NCBI GenBank assembly: GCA_951406725.2
Contig: OX597831.1
Span: forward strand, 26,226,001-26,290,000
Length of the DNA stretch: 64,000 bases
Direction of reading: 5' to 3'
Origin: Octopus vulgaris
Taxonomy: Eukaryota
The notes beneath the pieces were generated by a model. The model did no database searches and was not told where the DNA came from. It saw only the letters and a program-made list of their open reading frames with translations. Positions 37,815-51,643 of this stretch are shown in pieces. The position numbers were made by a program, and so were the translations under genes. Position 1 is the stretch's first letter, and every line of letters starts with the position of its first letter.

Positions 37815-38250
37815 CTTCAAATTTTGACACAAAGCCAGCAATTCTGAGGAAATGGGAAAGCAGATTACATCGACCCCAGTACTCAACTGGTACTTATATT
37901 TTCAACCCTAAAAGGATAAAAAGCAAAGTCAACCCTGGTGGCATTTGAACTCAGATCATAAAGTTGGAAGCAAAACTGCTAAGCATTTTCTCAGTAAGGA
38001 TTCTTTCAGTTTGCCACCATAATAAATGTAAATATTGATTTCAAATTTTGGTACAAGGCCAGCAATTTTGGGGGAGGGAGTAAGTCGATTACATCAACCC
38101 CAGTATTCAACTGGTACTTATTTTATTGATCCCGAAAAGATCAAAGGCAAAGTCGACCTTGGCAGAATTTGAACTCAAAACATGAAGACAGACAAAATGC
38201 CACAAAGCATTTTGCACAGCAAGTTAACAATTCTACCAGCTAACCACCTT
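37815..38250 (-). mobile_element. Two tandem SINE B copies
   Basis: ttcaaattttg..cacaaagccagc..aaaggcaaagtcgacc..gaatttgaactc repeated. Confidence 0.8.
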
Positions 38251-38499
38251 AATATAGATGAATAGTTTAACCCTGAGTGTGGTAAGAGCCACCGATGAGA
38301 ATTAAGATGCTCTGCATCAAAATTTAAAATCCCTGGTGATCTGGCTGTATCCACTAGGGAATTGTCTCCATTGTCAGTCATTAAAATAGTGCCTCTGTCG
38401 CAATTGAATTGTTTTGACTCTTATTTCTAGCAATGCTAGTACTACTTACTACCCTCTGTCACTTGAGTGACATCTATAAATTTGCCTTTAGGTTGTTAA

Positions 38500-38719
38500 T
38501 TCTTTCGTTACCAACCTGTCAGAAACTGGCTTTGGCTCTGAGTACAAATGTTTTGTTTTCATAAGTTCTGAATAAAAATCTTCCACCAAACCTTAGTCAC
38601 AATTTATGTTCCCAACACTAGCTGAATGATAACTAAGTTATTTTACTAAAATCTTTGTTATATTTAAAGTAATTGAAAGAAACACAGTGCATCTCAAAAT
38701 ATATACAGTAACGAAAGGG
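38500..38719 (+). mobile_element. piggyBac-type MITE
   Basis: Copy of 29950-30170 with TTAA flanks. Confidence 0.85.
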
Positions 38720-39401
38720 TTAATTTGCTAATAAGCCACCCATATTATTTATATACACACATATATAAAAGTACATATATACAGTAGTAAAGAAACATAT
38801 TGTATGTGTTTACAAAATAATATTAGCAGAAAAATGAGAAATCAAGGCAACATTTTTATTGTATTGCGTACAAAAATAACTTTTGTTGGGAGATAAATGA
38901 AAAAAATATACATTTCTGCCCATGATATTATAATGATGTTGTTTAGTTGTTGTTGTTGTTATTGCTATCACTATTACCAAAGTAGCTTTATAGAAAACCA
39001 TTACTATACTTAATTTCTTTAAACATATTTCTGAATTTATTAATTTCATGTAACAATAAGCATGAAATTGAATCTCATTTTCTCCTCATTGTCCTTTACA
39101 ATAAAATAGTGATAAACTGTGTGTATATTATGCAAATACACACACACACATATATACATACACACACGTGTTTGAGTGTGTTTATAATGTTTGCAATATA
39201 AAATATATAAAATATATATATCGATTGTTTATTACCATGCACACTCTTTCTTAAAAGGCTTTCTTGGCTTCTGAGAGACACACGGCTATATAATCTTGGT
39301 TATTATTTCTTTTTAAATTTCATGCATCTATATGTAATAAAAATAAATTATTTATGTGACCCATATATAAAATATAGAGAGAAAAGATCTCATACGTCTG
39401 T

Positions 39402-39950
39402 ATCATCATCATCATCATCATCATTTAACGTCCGTTTTCCATGCTGGTATGGGTTGGACGATTTGACTGAGGTCTGGCGAACCAGACTCCAATCTGATCT
39501 GGCAGAGTTTCTACAGCTGAATGCCCTTCCTAATACCAACCACTCTGAGAGTGTAGTGGGTGCTTTTACATGCCACCGGCACGAGGGCCAGTTTGGTGGT
39601 ACTGGCAACGGCCACGTTCAAATTGTGCTTTTTATGTGCCAACTGCACAGGAGCTAGTCCAGTGGCACTGGCAACGACCTCACTCAAATGCCTTTTTTCA
39701 TGTGCCCCCAGCACAAGTGTTAGTAAGGCGACGCAGGTAATGATCATGCTCGAATGGTGTTTTTAACGTGCCATCAGCACGAAAGTCAGCTTGTTGCTCT
39801 AGCAATGATCTCACTCGTATGGTACTCTTAGCGCTCCACTAGCTATGGATGCCAGTCCCCGAGTTTGATTTCGATTTCGATTTCACTTGTCTGAACAGGT
39901 CTTCGCAATCGAGTTTGATTCTGACTTCAATTTCACTTGCCTCAACTGGT
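39402..39950 (-). mobile_element. SINE family E with about four internal ~65-bp repeats
   Basis: (cat)n tail, ttaacgtccgttttccatgctgg, repeated gtgcttttta.gtgcca..gcac motif. Confidence 0.8.
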
Positions 39951-40242
39951 ATATTTATGATTAATCATAGTCAGAGTTATCCATCAATGACATGACTATT
40001 TTTGACTTTGAAGAGAACATTGAAGCACTAATATTTCTAATATTTATGCCTTTGCCAATGCCATTAACAACCACATATTGATACAAGAATTGAAACCAGG
40101 TTACTAGGAACTTAGCTGAATACTTCAATTTTTTGTCAATATATTTGTATTTCTTGATTAATTAAATATGGAGAGTGAGTGGATGGGTCTGAGTATGTTT
40201 TTGAGTATGTGGTTGGTTGATTGGTTGGTTGTGTAAGTCATA

Positions 40243-40473
40243 GGCGGTGAGCTGGCAGAAACGTTAGCACACTGGGCGAACTGCTTAGCGGTATTTCATC
40301 TGCCGTTACGTTGTGAGTTCAAATTCCGCCGAGGTCGACTTTACCTTTCATCCTTTCGGGGTCGATAAATTAAGTACCAGTTACGCACTGGGGTTGATGT
40401 AATCGACTTAATACCTATGTCTGTCCTTGTTTGTCCCTTCTATGTTTAGCCCCTTGTGGGTAATAAAGAAATA
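40243..40473 (+). mobile_element. SINE family B, alternative tail, 16-bp TSD
   Basis: TSD ggttgtgtaagtcata at 40227-40242 and 40474-40489. Confidence 0.9.
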
Positions 40474-41179
40474 GGTTGTGTAAGTCATATAATGCAAAGC
40501 ATGTGTTACTTTTTTTTTTACTCCCAGCAGACAATTGTATACATCTGCAGTATATGTAGCTTTCTTTGGCGCCAAATTAAAAGGTTTAACCACACTGTAC
40601 ATGAGGTGCCACTGTTCTGCTTAGAAATGCCAAGCTTGCTGGTACCAATGATAACTAGCCAACAGATAACCAATTAGAAGCAAATAAAAATATAAGATAA
40701 TAGTAACATTAACAAAACCAAATATTGTAATTGTCAGAAATGTAGGAAATGTACCGATTGTTCTGGAATTTGAACAACTGAAGTGATTGATACGCTATAT
40801 GTTTTGTAAAGACTCTGAAGAATTATCAAGAAATATCAACACAAGCCTCTGAAAATAGCAGTTTGTAAATGTTTTATTAGAGTTGTCTGAACTGCAAATA
40901 TTGACCTTGAACTTTTGGGCACATCTTCCTTGATGTAATTCATATTTTGGATGAAGAACCACCACCACCACCACCACCACCATCATTAATATTCATGTTC
41001 ATTCATAAACTTTGTCATTCATTTGATGTTCTTAGTCACATGATTCGTGCAATGACTTTATAGTAAACTCCCTGTACAATTGCTTCTATAGTCTCTTTAG
41101 AAATGTATCTGATGTGAGTTGACCTAACATAAGAAATGAAAATCACAACTAATAATCACACTAATAATGCTTTCTATCT

Positions 41180-41396
41180 TTCTATTAATAGGCACAAGGG
41201 GCCTGACATTATTTTAGGGGAAGGGGCTAGTTGATTATTATATCAACCCCAGTGCTCAACTAGTACTTAATTCATTGACCCTGAAAGGACAAAGGGTAAA
41301 GTCGACTCGGCAGCATTTGAACTCACTATGCAAAGATGAATGGAACACTGCTAAGGATTTTGTCTAGCGTGCTAAAGATTCTACCATCTCGCCACC

Positions 41397-41400
<4 letters not shown>
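41180..41400 (-). mobile_element. SINE family B
   Basis: Reverse copy abutting (AAT)n. Confidence 0.75.
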
Positions 41401-41449
<49 letters not shown>

Positions 41450-41452
<3 letters not shown>

Positions 41453-41638
41453 TACAGCATGGAAGGTGTTTATAAGCCATTTAAGAAACACACAAAATCC
41501 GTTAGACTCACTTCAACATTTAAATTTAATTTGTCAAAATATTTTCGTCGCCTTGAGACTGTAACCTGTTCACTGACAAAATTCTGTGCTGCATCTCATG
41601 ATCTCAGATCAGGTCACATGCTATGCAAGTACATCCCC
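41450..41638 (-). mobile_element. Penelope-type element in (AAT)n, same family as 22520-22769
   Basis: Shares gcatggaaggtgtttataagccatttaagaaacacac and gatctcagatcaggtcac segments. Confidence 0.75.
41530..41580 (-). ncRNA. Hammerhead-like motif with G3-C8 core variant
   Basis: Minus strand tttgtca-GTGAACA-G-GTTAC-agtctcaag-GCGAC-GAA-AATATT-T-tgacaaa. Confidence 0.6.
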
Positions 41639-42079
41639 AATAATAATAATAATAATAATAATAAATGCCCTGATGCTCTACCAGGCAGTTGCTCCCATAG
41701 GTTCTGATCTTAATTGATTGGAAGTGTTATCATGTACATGTTTTGTCTTAGACTACAGCAAATATTCAGCTCAATGCACTGATGCTTGTTTACAAGCATC
41801 CCTTTATTTCTAGACAAGGGTACACACAAACACAACATCCAAACGTGTATATGTGTATGGATTATGAAACCCACTCATAAGGCTGTGATCAGCCCTGTGC
41901 TATTGTAGAAAATCTTGCCCAAGGTACTGCACAGTGGGACTGAACCCATGACTACATGGTTAGGAAGTGAGTGTCTTAACCACATAGCCATGTCAATGCC
42001 CATCATGAAAGGTCATGATTAATGACTGAATCACTCTGTGCACATGTGCATGTATATACACACACACACACACACACAT

Positions 42080-42118
<39 letters not shown>

Positions 42119-42350
42119 GATTCATTCATCCATCATGGCATTTCATTAATAACAGGAGATGAAAGGAAATTATAATGACTCAGTTTTAAAATTGCATGTT
42201 GCCATTTCCTGAGGTTTCTGGAATGAGAGTTTATCTTGCAGAAGAAAACTGAATAAGCATATTCCATGAAAATAGGTACCAGTGATATTCAAAACTACTC
42301 TGGAATAATAAGTAATAATACCAAAAAAAGAAATTAAAACATTATATTAA

Positions 42351-42571
42351 CCCTTTCGTTACCAACCCGGCTGAAACCACCTCTGGCTCTGTAGTACAAA
42401 TGTCTTGTTTTCTTAAGATTTGAATTAAAATCTTCCACCAACCCTTAGTCACAATTTATGTTCCTAACACTAGCTGAATGATAACTAAGTTATTTTACTA
42501 AATTCTTTGTTATATCTAAAGTAATTGAAAGAAATACAGAGCATCTAAAAAAAAATACAGTAACGAAAGGG
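42351..42571 (+). mobile_element. piggyBac-type MITE
   Basis: TTAA-CCCTTTCGTTAC...GTAACGAAAGGG-TTAA. Confidence 0.9.
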
Positions 42572-42951
42572 TTAAAAATACCTAATAATATTATTTAATC
42601 ATAAAAAAAAGGGGTAAAGTCCCCCTTCAGTCAGGAACATCCAAGGGATTGCACCTAGTATGTTAACCTCCAAGGCACAAATCCAAGCAAGGTTGTGCAT
42701 GGAAGACCATGTTTATTAAGTAAGCGTAACAGACTACATTTTTACTATAATTCATAAAAATCTACACCTAAAAAATTCATATGGACATTGGTTTTGTTCT
42801 TCTTTATTCTAAATGTTGACAGAAATAGAGTATTATGAAATATGAGACTCTGAAATGACATGGACAGAGGGGCAAAATACTGGATTTTCCATTCATTGAT
42901 AGTGAGTTCAAAGCCCAGTCTTACTTCCCTCTTAATTCTTCTTCCTGACAA

Positions 42952-43747
42952 CTACATCCTTCTCTACAGCTGACAGCAGCTAAATTTTTTATGTAGAAGT
43001 CTATATTACCTGGAGAAGGACTCTCCATTTTCTTTGGGCTAACTGTTCATAAAGAATGTTTGCTGTAGGTGACCTGTGATATTTTTTGCAGAGTATCATA
43101 ATATGAGGTCTCAATTAGCAAAGTTATCAGGCACAGGTATCAAGCAAATCTACATCCTTCTCTACAGTTGACAGCAGCTAAATTTTTTATGTAGAAGTCT
43201 ATATTACCTGGAGAAGAACTCTCCATTTTCTTTGGGTTAACTGTTCATAAAGAATATTTGCTGTAGGTGACCTGTGATATTTTTTGTAGAGTATCATAAT
43301 ATGAGGTCTCAATTAGCAAAGTTATCAGGCACAGGTATCAAGCAAATCTACATCCTTCTCTACAGTTGACAGCAGCTAAATTTTTTATGTAGAAGTCTAT
43401 ATTACCCAGAGAAGAACTCTCCATTTTCTTTGGGTTAACTGTTCATAAAGAATATTTGCTGTAGGTGACCTGTGATATTTTTTGCAGAGTATCATAATAT
43501 GAGGTCTCAATTAACAAAGTTATCAGGCACAGGTATCAAGCAAATTTACATCCTTCTCTACAGCTGACAGCAGCTAAATTTTTTATGTAGAAGTCTATAT
43601 TACCTGGAGAAGAACTCTCCATTTTCTTTGGGTTAACTGTTCATAAAGAATGTTTGCTGTAGGTGACCTGTGATATTTTTTGCAGAGTATCATAATATGA
43701 GGTCTCAATTAGCAAAGTTATCAGGCACAGGTATCAAGCAAGTCTAC
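42952..43747. repeat. 198-bp tandem repeat, 4 near-identical units
   Basis: Unit starts 42952, 43150, 43348, 43546; ctac microhomology at the array ends. Confidence 0.95.
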
Positions 43748-44187
43748 TGGGAATGCTGCATATGATAACTTGGTGCTCTATCCAAACAGAAATCAATCTC
43801 TAATTCACTTAACAACACTGCAGAATCTGAAGTTCACCACTGAATTTAATGGATTTGTTGTGGCTTGTACAGATATTATTTTATCAAACAAGTTCCTTAA
43901 TTATAGAGATTGAATTTAGTTTGTTAACATTTATTCTTAATAACAAATAAACATGCATTATGGCAAAATACACAACAGACATAAGGAGTTGCTTTAAGTA
44001 AAATTGCAATAGAAAATAATGGCAAATGCTGTTTAAGAAAAGAATTGAAAGATTTTCAAGGAACTAAAATATTTGACAAATAACAACCTAGTCTGGTGGC
44101 CCGTGTTACACCTTAGCTGTAAATTCCATCATGCAGTACATCAAACTGCTTTCATTTTTTTTTGTTGTTGTTGTTTTTATTTTGTCA

Positions 44188-44357
44188 TCTTTTACTTGTT
44201 TGAGTCATTTGACTGTGGCAGATCGACCCCAGGGCTTATTCTTTGTGAGCCTAGTACTTATTCTACCAGTCTATTTTGCCGAACTGCTAAGAGACGGGTA
44301 CGTAAACACACCAGCATCGGTTGTCAAGCGATGTTGGGTGACAAACACAGACACACA

Positions 44358-44399
<42 letters not shown>

Positions 44400-44555
44400 T
44401 ACATATATACAACGGGCTTCTTTCAGTTTCCCTCAAACCAAATCCACTCACAAGGCTTTGGTCAGCCCAAGGCTATAGTAGAAGACACTTGCCCAAGGTG
44501 GCACGAGGTGGGACTGAACCCAGAACCACATGCTTCGTAAGCAAGCTACTTACCA
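44188..44555 (-). mobile_element. SINE family A
   Basis: Reverse copy with an internal deletion. Confidence 0.85.
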
Positions 44556-44909
44556 TGATGATTATCTTGAAATTATCAAGTAATGAAACTTCAAGTTACA
44601 ATTTATAATGACCAATACTCTACTACTATAATATCAATTCACTCCCATATATGTGTGTGTGTGTGTGTGTGTGTATACTGGGCATTCTAATTTTGTTTCT
44701 GTGTTAATATCTACTCAATCAAAAGGGGTCATAAGTCTTGCAAGCCACATGGAAAGCTCACTAGTGCTGGTGCTATGTAAAAAAAAAAAACACCTACTTT
44801 CATGCAGCAAAATGGTTGGCATTAGGAAGTGCATCAAACTGTAGAAATCATGCCAAAGCAGACATTGGAATATGATGTAAGTTCCTTGAACACATCAGAT
44901 TGCCAATCT

Positions 44910-45145
44910 TATTTCTTTATTACCCACAAGGGGCTAAACATAGAGGGGGCAAACAAGGACAGACAAAGGTATTAGGTTGATTACATCGTCCCCAGTGCGT
45001 AACTGGTACTTAATTTATCGACTCCGAAAGGATGAAAGGCAAAGTTGACCCCGGCAGAATTTGAACTCAGAACCTAACAGCAGATGAACAGCTTAACATT
45101 TCGCCCAGCGTGCTAATGTTTCTGCCAGCTAGCCGCCTAGCTGTC
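44910..45145 (-). mobile_element. SINE B (alternative tail) nested in an old family E copy (44720-45210)
   Basis: TSD cagattgccaatct at 44896-44909 and 45146-45159. Confidence 0.85.
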
Positions 45146-47041
45146 CAGATTGCCAATCTGTCTGACATGTGCCAGCATGGGATACAGACATTAAATGATG
45201 ATGATGATGATATGTATTATGTATGTATGTATGTATGTATGTATGTATGTATTTGCAAGAGAGAACGAGAGATGAACAAACCAAGCGCCATTCCTCTGAA
45301 AGTCAAGAAACTGTGCTCTAAACTTAGGATATAAGTTCACTCTATGTTTATTCCATTAACTTACATTAAATACGAGGTGTGATGAGAGAAATGTTGAAAA
45401 TATAGAGTTAAGCGAAGCTATATAGTCTTTCTAGTATTCAATGCTTCTTTTCTATGTGGTTATATTCTCTCATCATAGATTGAACAGTAAACATGGAAAG
45501 ATTGTCAAGGCAGTAAAGAAAAACATTCACTTTTTTCTTCTCTCCTCTCCTTTCTCCCATTTTTTTTTACTTTTTTTTCAGTCAACAAATATATTTTTTT
45601 TTATTATGTCTATCAGATTGCAATATAAATTACCTTCGCTTTCTTCCATTTTTTTGTTTGCTGTTGTCTTTCTCATATTCATCTTCAAAGACAGGATCAG
45701 AGGATGTTAAACCTTTCTTCTTTCTTTTGTGTGTTCACTACTCTTGCGTATGTACATGTGCGCAAACATCATATATACACACACACACACACATGTACAC
45801 AGTTTTACAGGATGACTATACACATATTAACTACCAGTTACACAGTAATAGCCCAGGTCATTAGATTAACTTTGTGTACCATATATCTTCATTTCTCTCT
45901 CTTTCTCTCTCTCCCCCGCCCCTTCCTCACACACCCTTCGCTAACTGATTTACTTTCATTTTCACTATTATTACCCATTTTCTTTGTTACTATTCACTTA
46001 TTTCCTTATTGTTTTAACTTGCTATTTTACTTTCAATTTTGTTTTATTACATCTAATTCTTCTTCTTATATTACTTCAGCGGTTCGTCTTTTTTTTTAAC
46101 TGTCTTTTCTTACTGTTTGCCTCTCTTCCTTCTTACTCTTCACTTGCAGTAGCTCTTCTTCCTTCTCTTCACTCTCATTATTAGATCACAAGAATAAATT
46201 GGAAAGTGAGTAACAATCTGCTAATGTGATTATAGGCAACCATTTCTTGCCTCTGATAGTTGCTCATTTAGAGTATCTGTTGATGCTTTATTTCTTATAT
46301 AAAAATCTTTGTACAGTTGACTTTGTTACTGTTATCTGTTTCCAGAAAACTTCTATTACGAAGACCAGCCTCTGGTTAATGACTTTAGCTTTAAAACATT
46401 CTTTCTGCCATTGCTTCTTTGATTCAGATCTGTTATGATAAATCTCAAAATACAAGCTTAATAAAACATTCCCGCCCCGTTTAATATCCTGTGGATTGAG
46501 ATGCTATGTTCTTTTTAAGTTAGCTTATATTATACAATAATTTCATATTTATGTTGAAATAAACTTCTTTTCTTTAACTTTCTTCTGCCAGTGGAGGAGT
46601 GAATGGTTTGTAATTTCAAATATTCTGCAAGCATTTTGTTCTGTTTTTGAACAGGCTATGCTATCTTGCTATCTCTTCCTATTGCTATCTCTTCAACTAG
46701 TTGCTGAGAAAATGTTCGAGTCTGCTCTAAGAAGACTTTTGTAATGTTATAACAAGGAACATGTTTGTTTCTCATCTGCTTAACATCCACAGTAATGAGG
46801 AATTAAGCATCAACCCTATGGTTCCCTGAAATTCAGGGAATGGTTTGTTTTGTTAACTCCTAAAACAGATGTTAGTCTCATTAAAACCATTTGTTAATGG
46901 AAGTATCCACCACGCTTCAAGTCTGAGATTTTAGAATATTTATCTTATATTCCATTTCTGAGTTCACAACTTTTCACTTTTCCATGGTAATTTTTTATTA
47001 CCGGCAAAAAAAAAAAGTTTTTCTTTACCGACCAGGCTTAA

Positions 47042-47243
47042 CCCTTTTGAGATGCTCTGTGTTTCTTTCAATTAATTTTAAATATAACAAAAAATTTTGT
47101 AAAATAACTTAGCTATCATTAAACTGGTGTTAGGAACATAAATTGTGACTCAGATTTGGAAGATTTTAATTCTAAACTTATGGAAACATGACATTTGTAA
47201 TATAGAGCCAGAGGTGGTTCCAGCTGGGTTGGTATTGAAAGGG
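47042..47243 (-). mobile_element. piggyBac-type MITE (internally deleted)
   Basis: TTAA-CCCTTT...GAAAGGG-TTAA, reverse of 42351-42571. Confidence 0.8.
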
Positions 47244-47312
47244 TTAAACCAAACTAAATGTGGATAGTGGTTGGCAGGAAGGTTAATTGACAAATGTTAT
47301 ACAGCTTAGAAT

Positions 47313-47458
47313 CACTGGCGTAGCTGGATGGGAGGGGCAGCACTTTTAAAGGGGTGGCACTTTGGGGTCTGCAGTAGGTAATATGTGTCTTTTGTGGGGT
47401 CCAGGGTTGAAAAATGGAAGGGCTGCCCCGGGCGGCACACACTCTAACTACACTAATA
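47313..47458. mobile_element. hAT-type MITE
   Basis: 8-bp TSD cttagaat (47305-47312, 47459-47466); decayed TIR cactggcgtagctgg / ctaactacactaata. Confidence 0.65.
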
Positions 47459-48310
47459 CTTAGAATGTGGTGCAAGAGAATCCAAAAACCAAGTTCATAG
47501 TGACATGATTGTACTAATAATAAGAATCTTGGTTTCAAATTTTGGCACACATCAGGGCAAGAAGACTGATTCTGCAAGAGGTAATAGTTATCCACAATTA
47601 AACAAGGATGTTCTGTTAGAACAAACTATTCTGTGGTAGATACCATGACAGAAGCTCTCATATTGGCTTTTGGTGCAGAATGTACTCTTGTTTATATTGC
47701 TAAGGGGGAGATAAATCCCCATGACCACCCAGTGCCAAAACCACCTGATCATGTGATTCAAAACAATATGAATTAATAAATATTACATTTGACAGTAGAA
47801 TCTGAAATGCTAAAGGGTTATCATAAATTCAGTGAACAGAGATTTCTTCCTTGGCCTTGTTAATGATGGATACCTGACCATTAGAGAGAGCAACAGCTCA
47901 TCTCCTGGCCAGTGATATATAAAAAAAAGCAGTGCTAGAACAGGTACTGGTGTTGTGATTAAGCCAGTGAGCTGCCTCTGTCACTAATATTTGTTTTTTG
48001 ATTCTGTAAGGTATAGAAACACATTGTTACTATTGGAAATCATAAGTTAATGTTACAGAGAAGCAATGTGAACTTATGAGGAAGACTGAATGTGAGTTTA
48101 AGAAAGCAAGTAGTAAACAGTGAAAAAAAAAACATAGGCTAATGGATGCAGCCATGTTGATGGTGCTGGCATGGAGATAGTCATACGTATGGAAGAGATA
48201 TGCTAGATTATTAAAAATATTGCCTGGAGGAGTTGATTGTCGAAGCTACTCCTGAGACAGATGACAAGGAGACTTTTACAGCTGACAATGTCGAACCTCA
48301 CAGATAAAAA

Positions 48311-48358
48311 CGATGATGATGATGATGGTGATGGTGATGATGATAGTGATGATGATGG

Positions 48359-48432
<74 letters not shown>

Positions 48433-48553
48433 ATGATAATATTGATGATGATAATGGTGATGTTTTGGTGGTGGTGATGTTGATAATGATGATAATGATG
48501 GTGGTGATGATGGTGATGATGGTGGTGAAGATTAAAATGATGACGATGATGAC
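48311..48553. repeat. (GAT/GGT)n microsatellite
   Basis: Source of the poly-D, poly-S and poly-I ORFs. Confidence 0.95.
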
Positions 48554-49102
48554 GTACGTACTTTTTAGAAAACTTGAGTACAAAAAAAAAATTATCTCCG
48601 TACTGCAATTTAGTGACAGATCAGTATGAAAACAAGCCCGTTTGCAGTACCTGTCTTCAGGATAGGAAAATGATTATGCCGTAGATTTTACTTGAAGAAC
48701 TCATAGCTGGGTAGATGACAATCAAACAATGAAGAGGGGAAAAATTCATAAACAGACAATGTCTATAAGAACAGTTTCAGTTGTCTAAAACTTCTAAAAT
48801 AGACAATGGATATTGCAAAAATAAAATAAAATAAATAATACCCTGTGAAGTTAATTGTTGCACACAAAGCAGAATTTTTCTTGCATTTGAAAAGAAAACT
48901 TTGTGTTTATAAAGTTTCCCAAAGTAGAATCCCCACCCAGTCTGATTTGGCACATAAATATTAAACTAAAAAGTTGTGCAAGCTAGTTTTATGAAGGTAA
49001 AATATATATTATAAGTATAACAACTGTTTTTTTTTTTTTTGTATTCTGAAGCAATGAAGTTATACAAATACCTGAATAATAGTCTTTATACCACCACTGT
49101 GC

Positions 49103-49240
49103 TCAAGCTAACCCCTGTAACTAATAGCTTGCCCCTTCTCTTGTGCTAACCTTTGTACATGGACTAACCCTCACACATAGACTAACCCCTGTACTCAGCA
49201 TAATACTTGCAGATAGGCTAACACCTGCACTTAAACTGGC
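49103..49240. repeat. Degenerate 18-bp minisatellite
   Basis: gctaacctttgtacatgg / actaaccctcacacatag / actaacccctgtactcag / gctaacacctgcacttaa. Confidence 0.7.
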
Positions 49241-49304
49241 ATTTGCAGTTGACTCATATGTGAAATTATTATTATTACTATTGTTATTATTATTATCATG
49301 TATA

Positions 49305-49480
49305 AGCTGGCAGAGTTGTTAGCATGCCAGGTGAAATGCTTATTGGTATTTCGCCCATTGCTATGTTTTGAGTTCAAATTCTGCTGAGGTCGTCTTTGCC
49401 TTTCATCCTATCGGGGTCGATAAATTAAGAACCAGTGGAACACTGGGGGTCGATGTAATTGACTAATCACCTACCCACCC
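49305..49480 (+). mobile_element. SINE family B
   Basis: agctggcagagttgttagcatgcc..ggggtcgataaattaag, after (att)n. Confidence 0.8.
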
Positions 49481-50039
49481 AAGTCAGTCCAAAAGCTACT
49501 TACCACACACCCACTCCTGCGCCTAATCAACTTTTCAAATAAATATTGCAATACATGACATCAGCCTTTTTACATTTCCATAAACGTAAAGAATTTAATT
49601 ATTTACAAATACTAATTGACTTTTGATGAAAATAATTCTTTGCATTTACTTAAAATCTCTGAGTAGTTAACATCTCTGTGGTGTTACACAATTTTCAACA
49701 GGTAAAACAAAGACTGTTGTATGATAACATGGAAAATGGCATGACCTTACAACTTGCTATACAGAAATTAGTCAACAGACTTAATTAACTGATAAGCTAA
49801 ATTTTCTTTTATATTTTTGATCTTCTAATTACTTCTTTGTAATCCCTCTAACCTAATTAAAGACATAATTGACTGTTATGTAAAATATTCTGAAGGATTC
49901 TATTTTCATTAATCTGATGTTTCCATTCATTTTGCATCACCTGCAGTGGACGATTCTATAAAGCAGAGTCACTTATGATTGATATAATAATTTCTACTAA
50001 TGCCAGTAATTTTCAGAATTCTTGAAAAAATAAAGATTC

Positions 50040-50435
50040 TATGTGGATGCGTAGTAAAAATCTTGCTTCCCAACCAAATGGTTCTGGGCTCAGTTCTATT
50101 GCATGGCACCTTGGGCGAGTGTCTTCAACAAAGTATTGTGAGTGGATTTGGTAGATGGAAACTGAAAGAAGCCTGTCATGTGTGTGTGTGTGTGTGTGTG
50201 TGCGCATGTATGTTTCTGTAGCTTTGTGTCTGTTTCTCCTCCACCACTACTTGACAACTAGTGCTGGTGTGTTCACATATACGTAACTTAGCACTGCACC
50301 AAAAGAGGTCAACAGAATTAGCACCAGCCTTAAAAAGTAAATAAGTACTAAGGTCAATCCATTTGACTAAAAGTTTTTCAAGGCAGTGCCCCAGCATGGT
50401 GGCAGTCTAATGACTATAACAAGTACAAGAAGAAA
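50040..50435 (+). mobile_element. SINE family A (diverged)
   Basis: Collinear with 9360-9752. Confidence 0.75.
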
Positions 50436-50480
50436 AAAATATATATATATATACATGTGTGTATATATATAATATATATT

Positions 50481-50729
50481 ACCGTGATCACTGTGACCGA
50501 CCAAGCTATCAGATGTTGCTACACATCGCTGGTCACAATGCGCTTCGCATTGTTTTAGCCTTCAAATGACACCACCCCGCTGGCTGAGCGAGCACCCCCT
50601 GCCAGAGCCACATGGAGCTTTTAGGTGTTTTCGCTCAATAAACAATCACAACGCCTGGTCTGGAAATTGAAACCGCAATCCTACGAGCGTGAGTCCGCTG
50701 CCCTAACAAATGGGTCATTACGCCTCCAC
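50481..50729 (-). mobile_element. SINE family D
   Basis: Homologous to 11097-11361 with an internal deletion. Confidence 0.85.
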
Positions 50730-51282
50730 ATACACACACACACGCACACATATATATAATCTTTTATAGTGTAATATTCTATTCAAACTATTGAAATACC
50801 AAACTTAGAATTTTGTCAATAACATTTTCTGCATGTAGCTAACTTTCTTCAATAAATAATTGCTCTTAGTTTTTCTACTGAATAGGATATTCTTACAAAT
50901 ATAAAAAAAAAAAAAAAACCAACCTGTCTACTGTTATCATATTTCTGAAAGTCATCTTAAACAGTGTGTCTTTTGTCCATCAAATATTCATTTCAAAGAG
51001 GGATCTTTATAATTTTCTTTATAATTTTCTGATTCAGAAATTGTTATTGATATTTAATTTATAAAATATACTAAGGAATTTTGCGTTTTTTATATTTCTG
51101 TAATGGGATTGAATTAGAATAGTAAAGACTCAGTGATCATTCTTCAAATGAAGATTAGTTGTCCTTCTTTATGCTTCATTTATTTCCATAATGTAGTTGC
51201 TTCTTAAGGTACACTACTTTATACGTATAGATTTACTCAAACTGCAAATGATTTTACGAAAATAACGTATTTGACAAATTCA

Positions 51283-51378
51283 TAGGCTAATGTCAAATTC
51301 TAAAGGATAAACATTAGGATGATGTTAAACTCTAAAGGATAAATATTAAGCTTATGTTAAATCCTAACAGATGAATAT
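51283..51378. repeat. 32-bp tandem repeat x3
   Basis: taggatgatgttaaactctaaaggataaatat-like units. Confidence 0.8.
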
Positions 51379-51412
51379 GATAAGCAGAAAGAAGAGAAAG
51401 TTTGATAGTGTT

Positions 51413-51577
51413 ATAGGTGTAGGAGTGGCTGTGTGGTAAGTAGCTTGCTTACGAACCACATGGTTCCGGGTTCAGTCCCACTGCATGGCACCTTGGGAAA
51501 GTGCCTTCTACTATAGCCTCGGGCCAACCAAAGCCTTGTGAGTGGATTTGGTAGACGGAAACTGAAAGATGTCCATC

Positions 51578-51643
<66 letters not shown>

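Noticed and set aside
39555-39850. CRISPR-like repeat/spacer appearance
   Set aside because: Eukaryotic context, spacers related to each other, lies inside a SINE, no cas genes
48203-48629. Poly-Asp, poly-Ser and poly-His ORFs
   Set aside because: (GAT)n microsatellite
49103-49240. Telomere-like ctaaccc motifs
   Set aside because: Part of an 18-bp unit, not tandem TTAGGG
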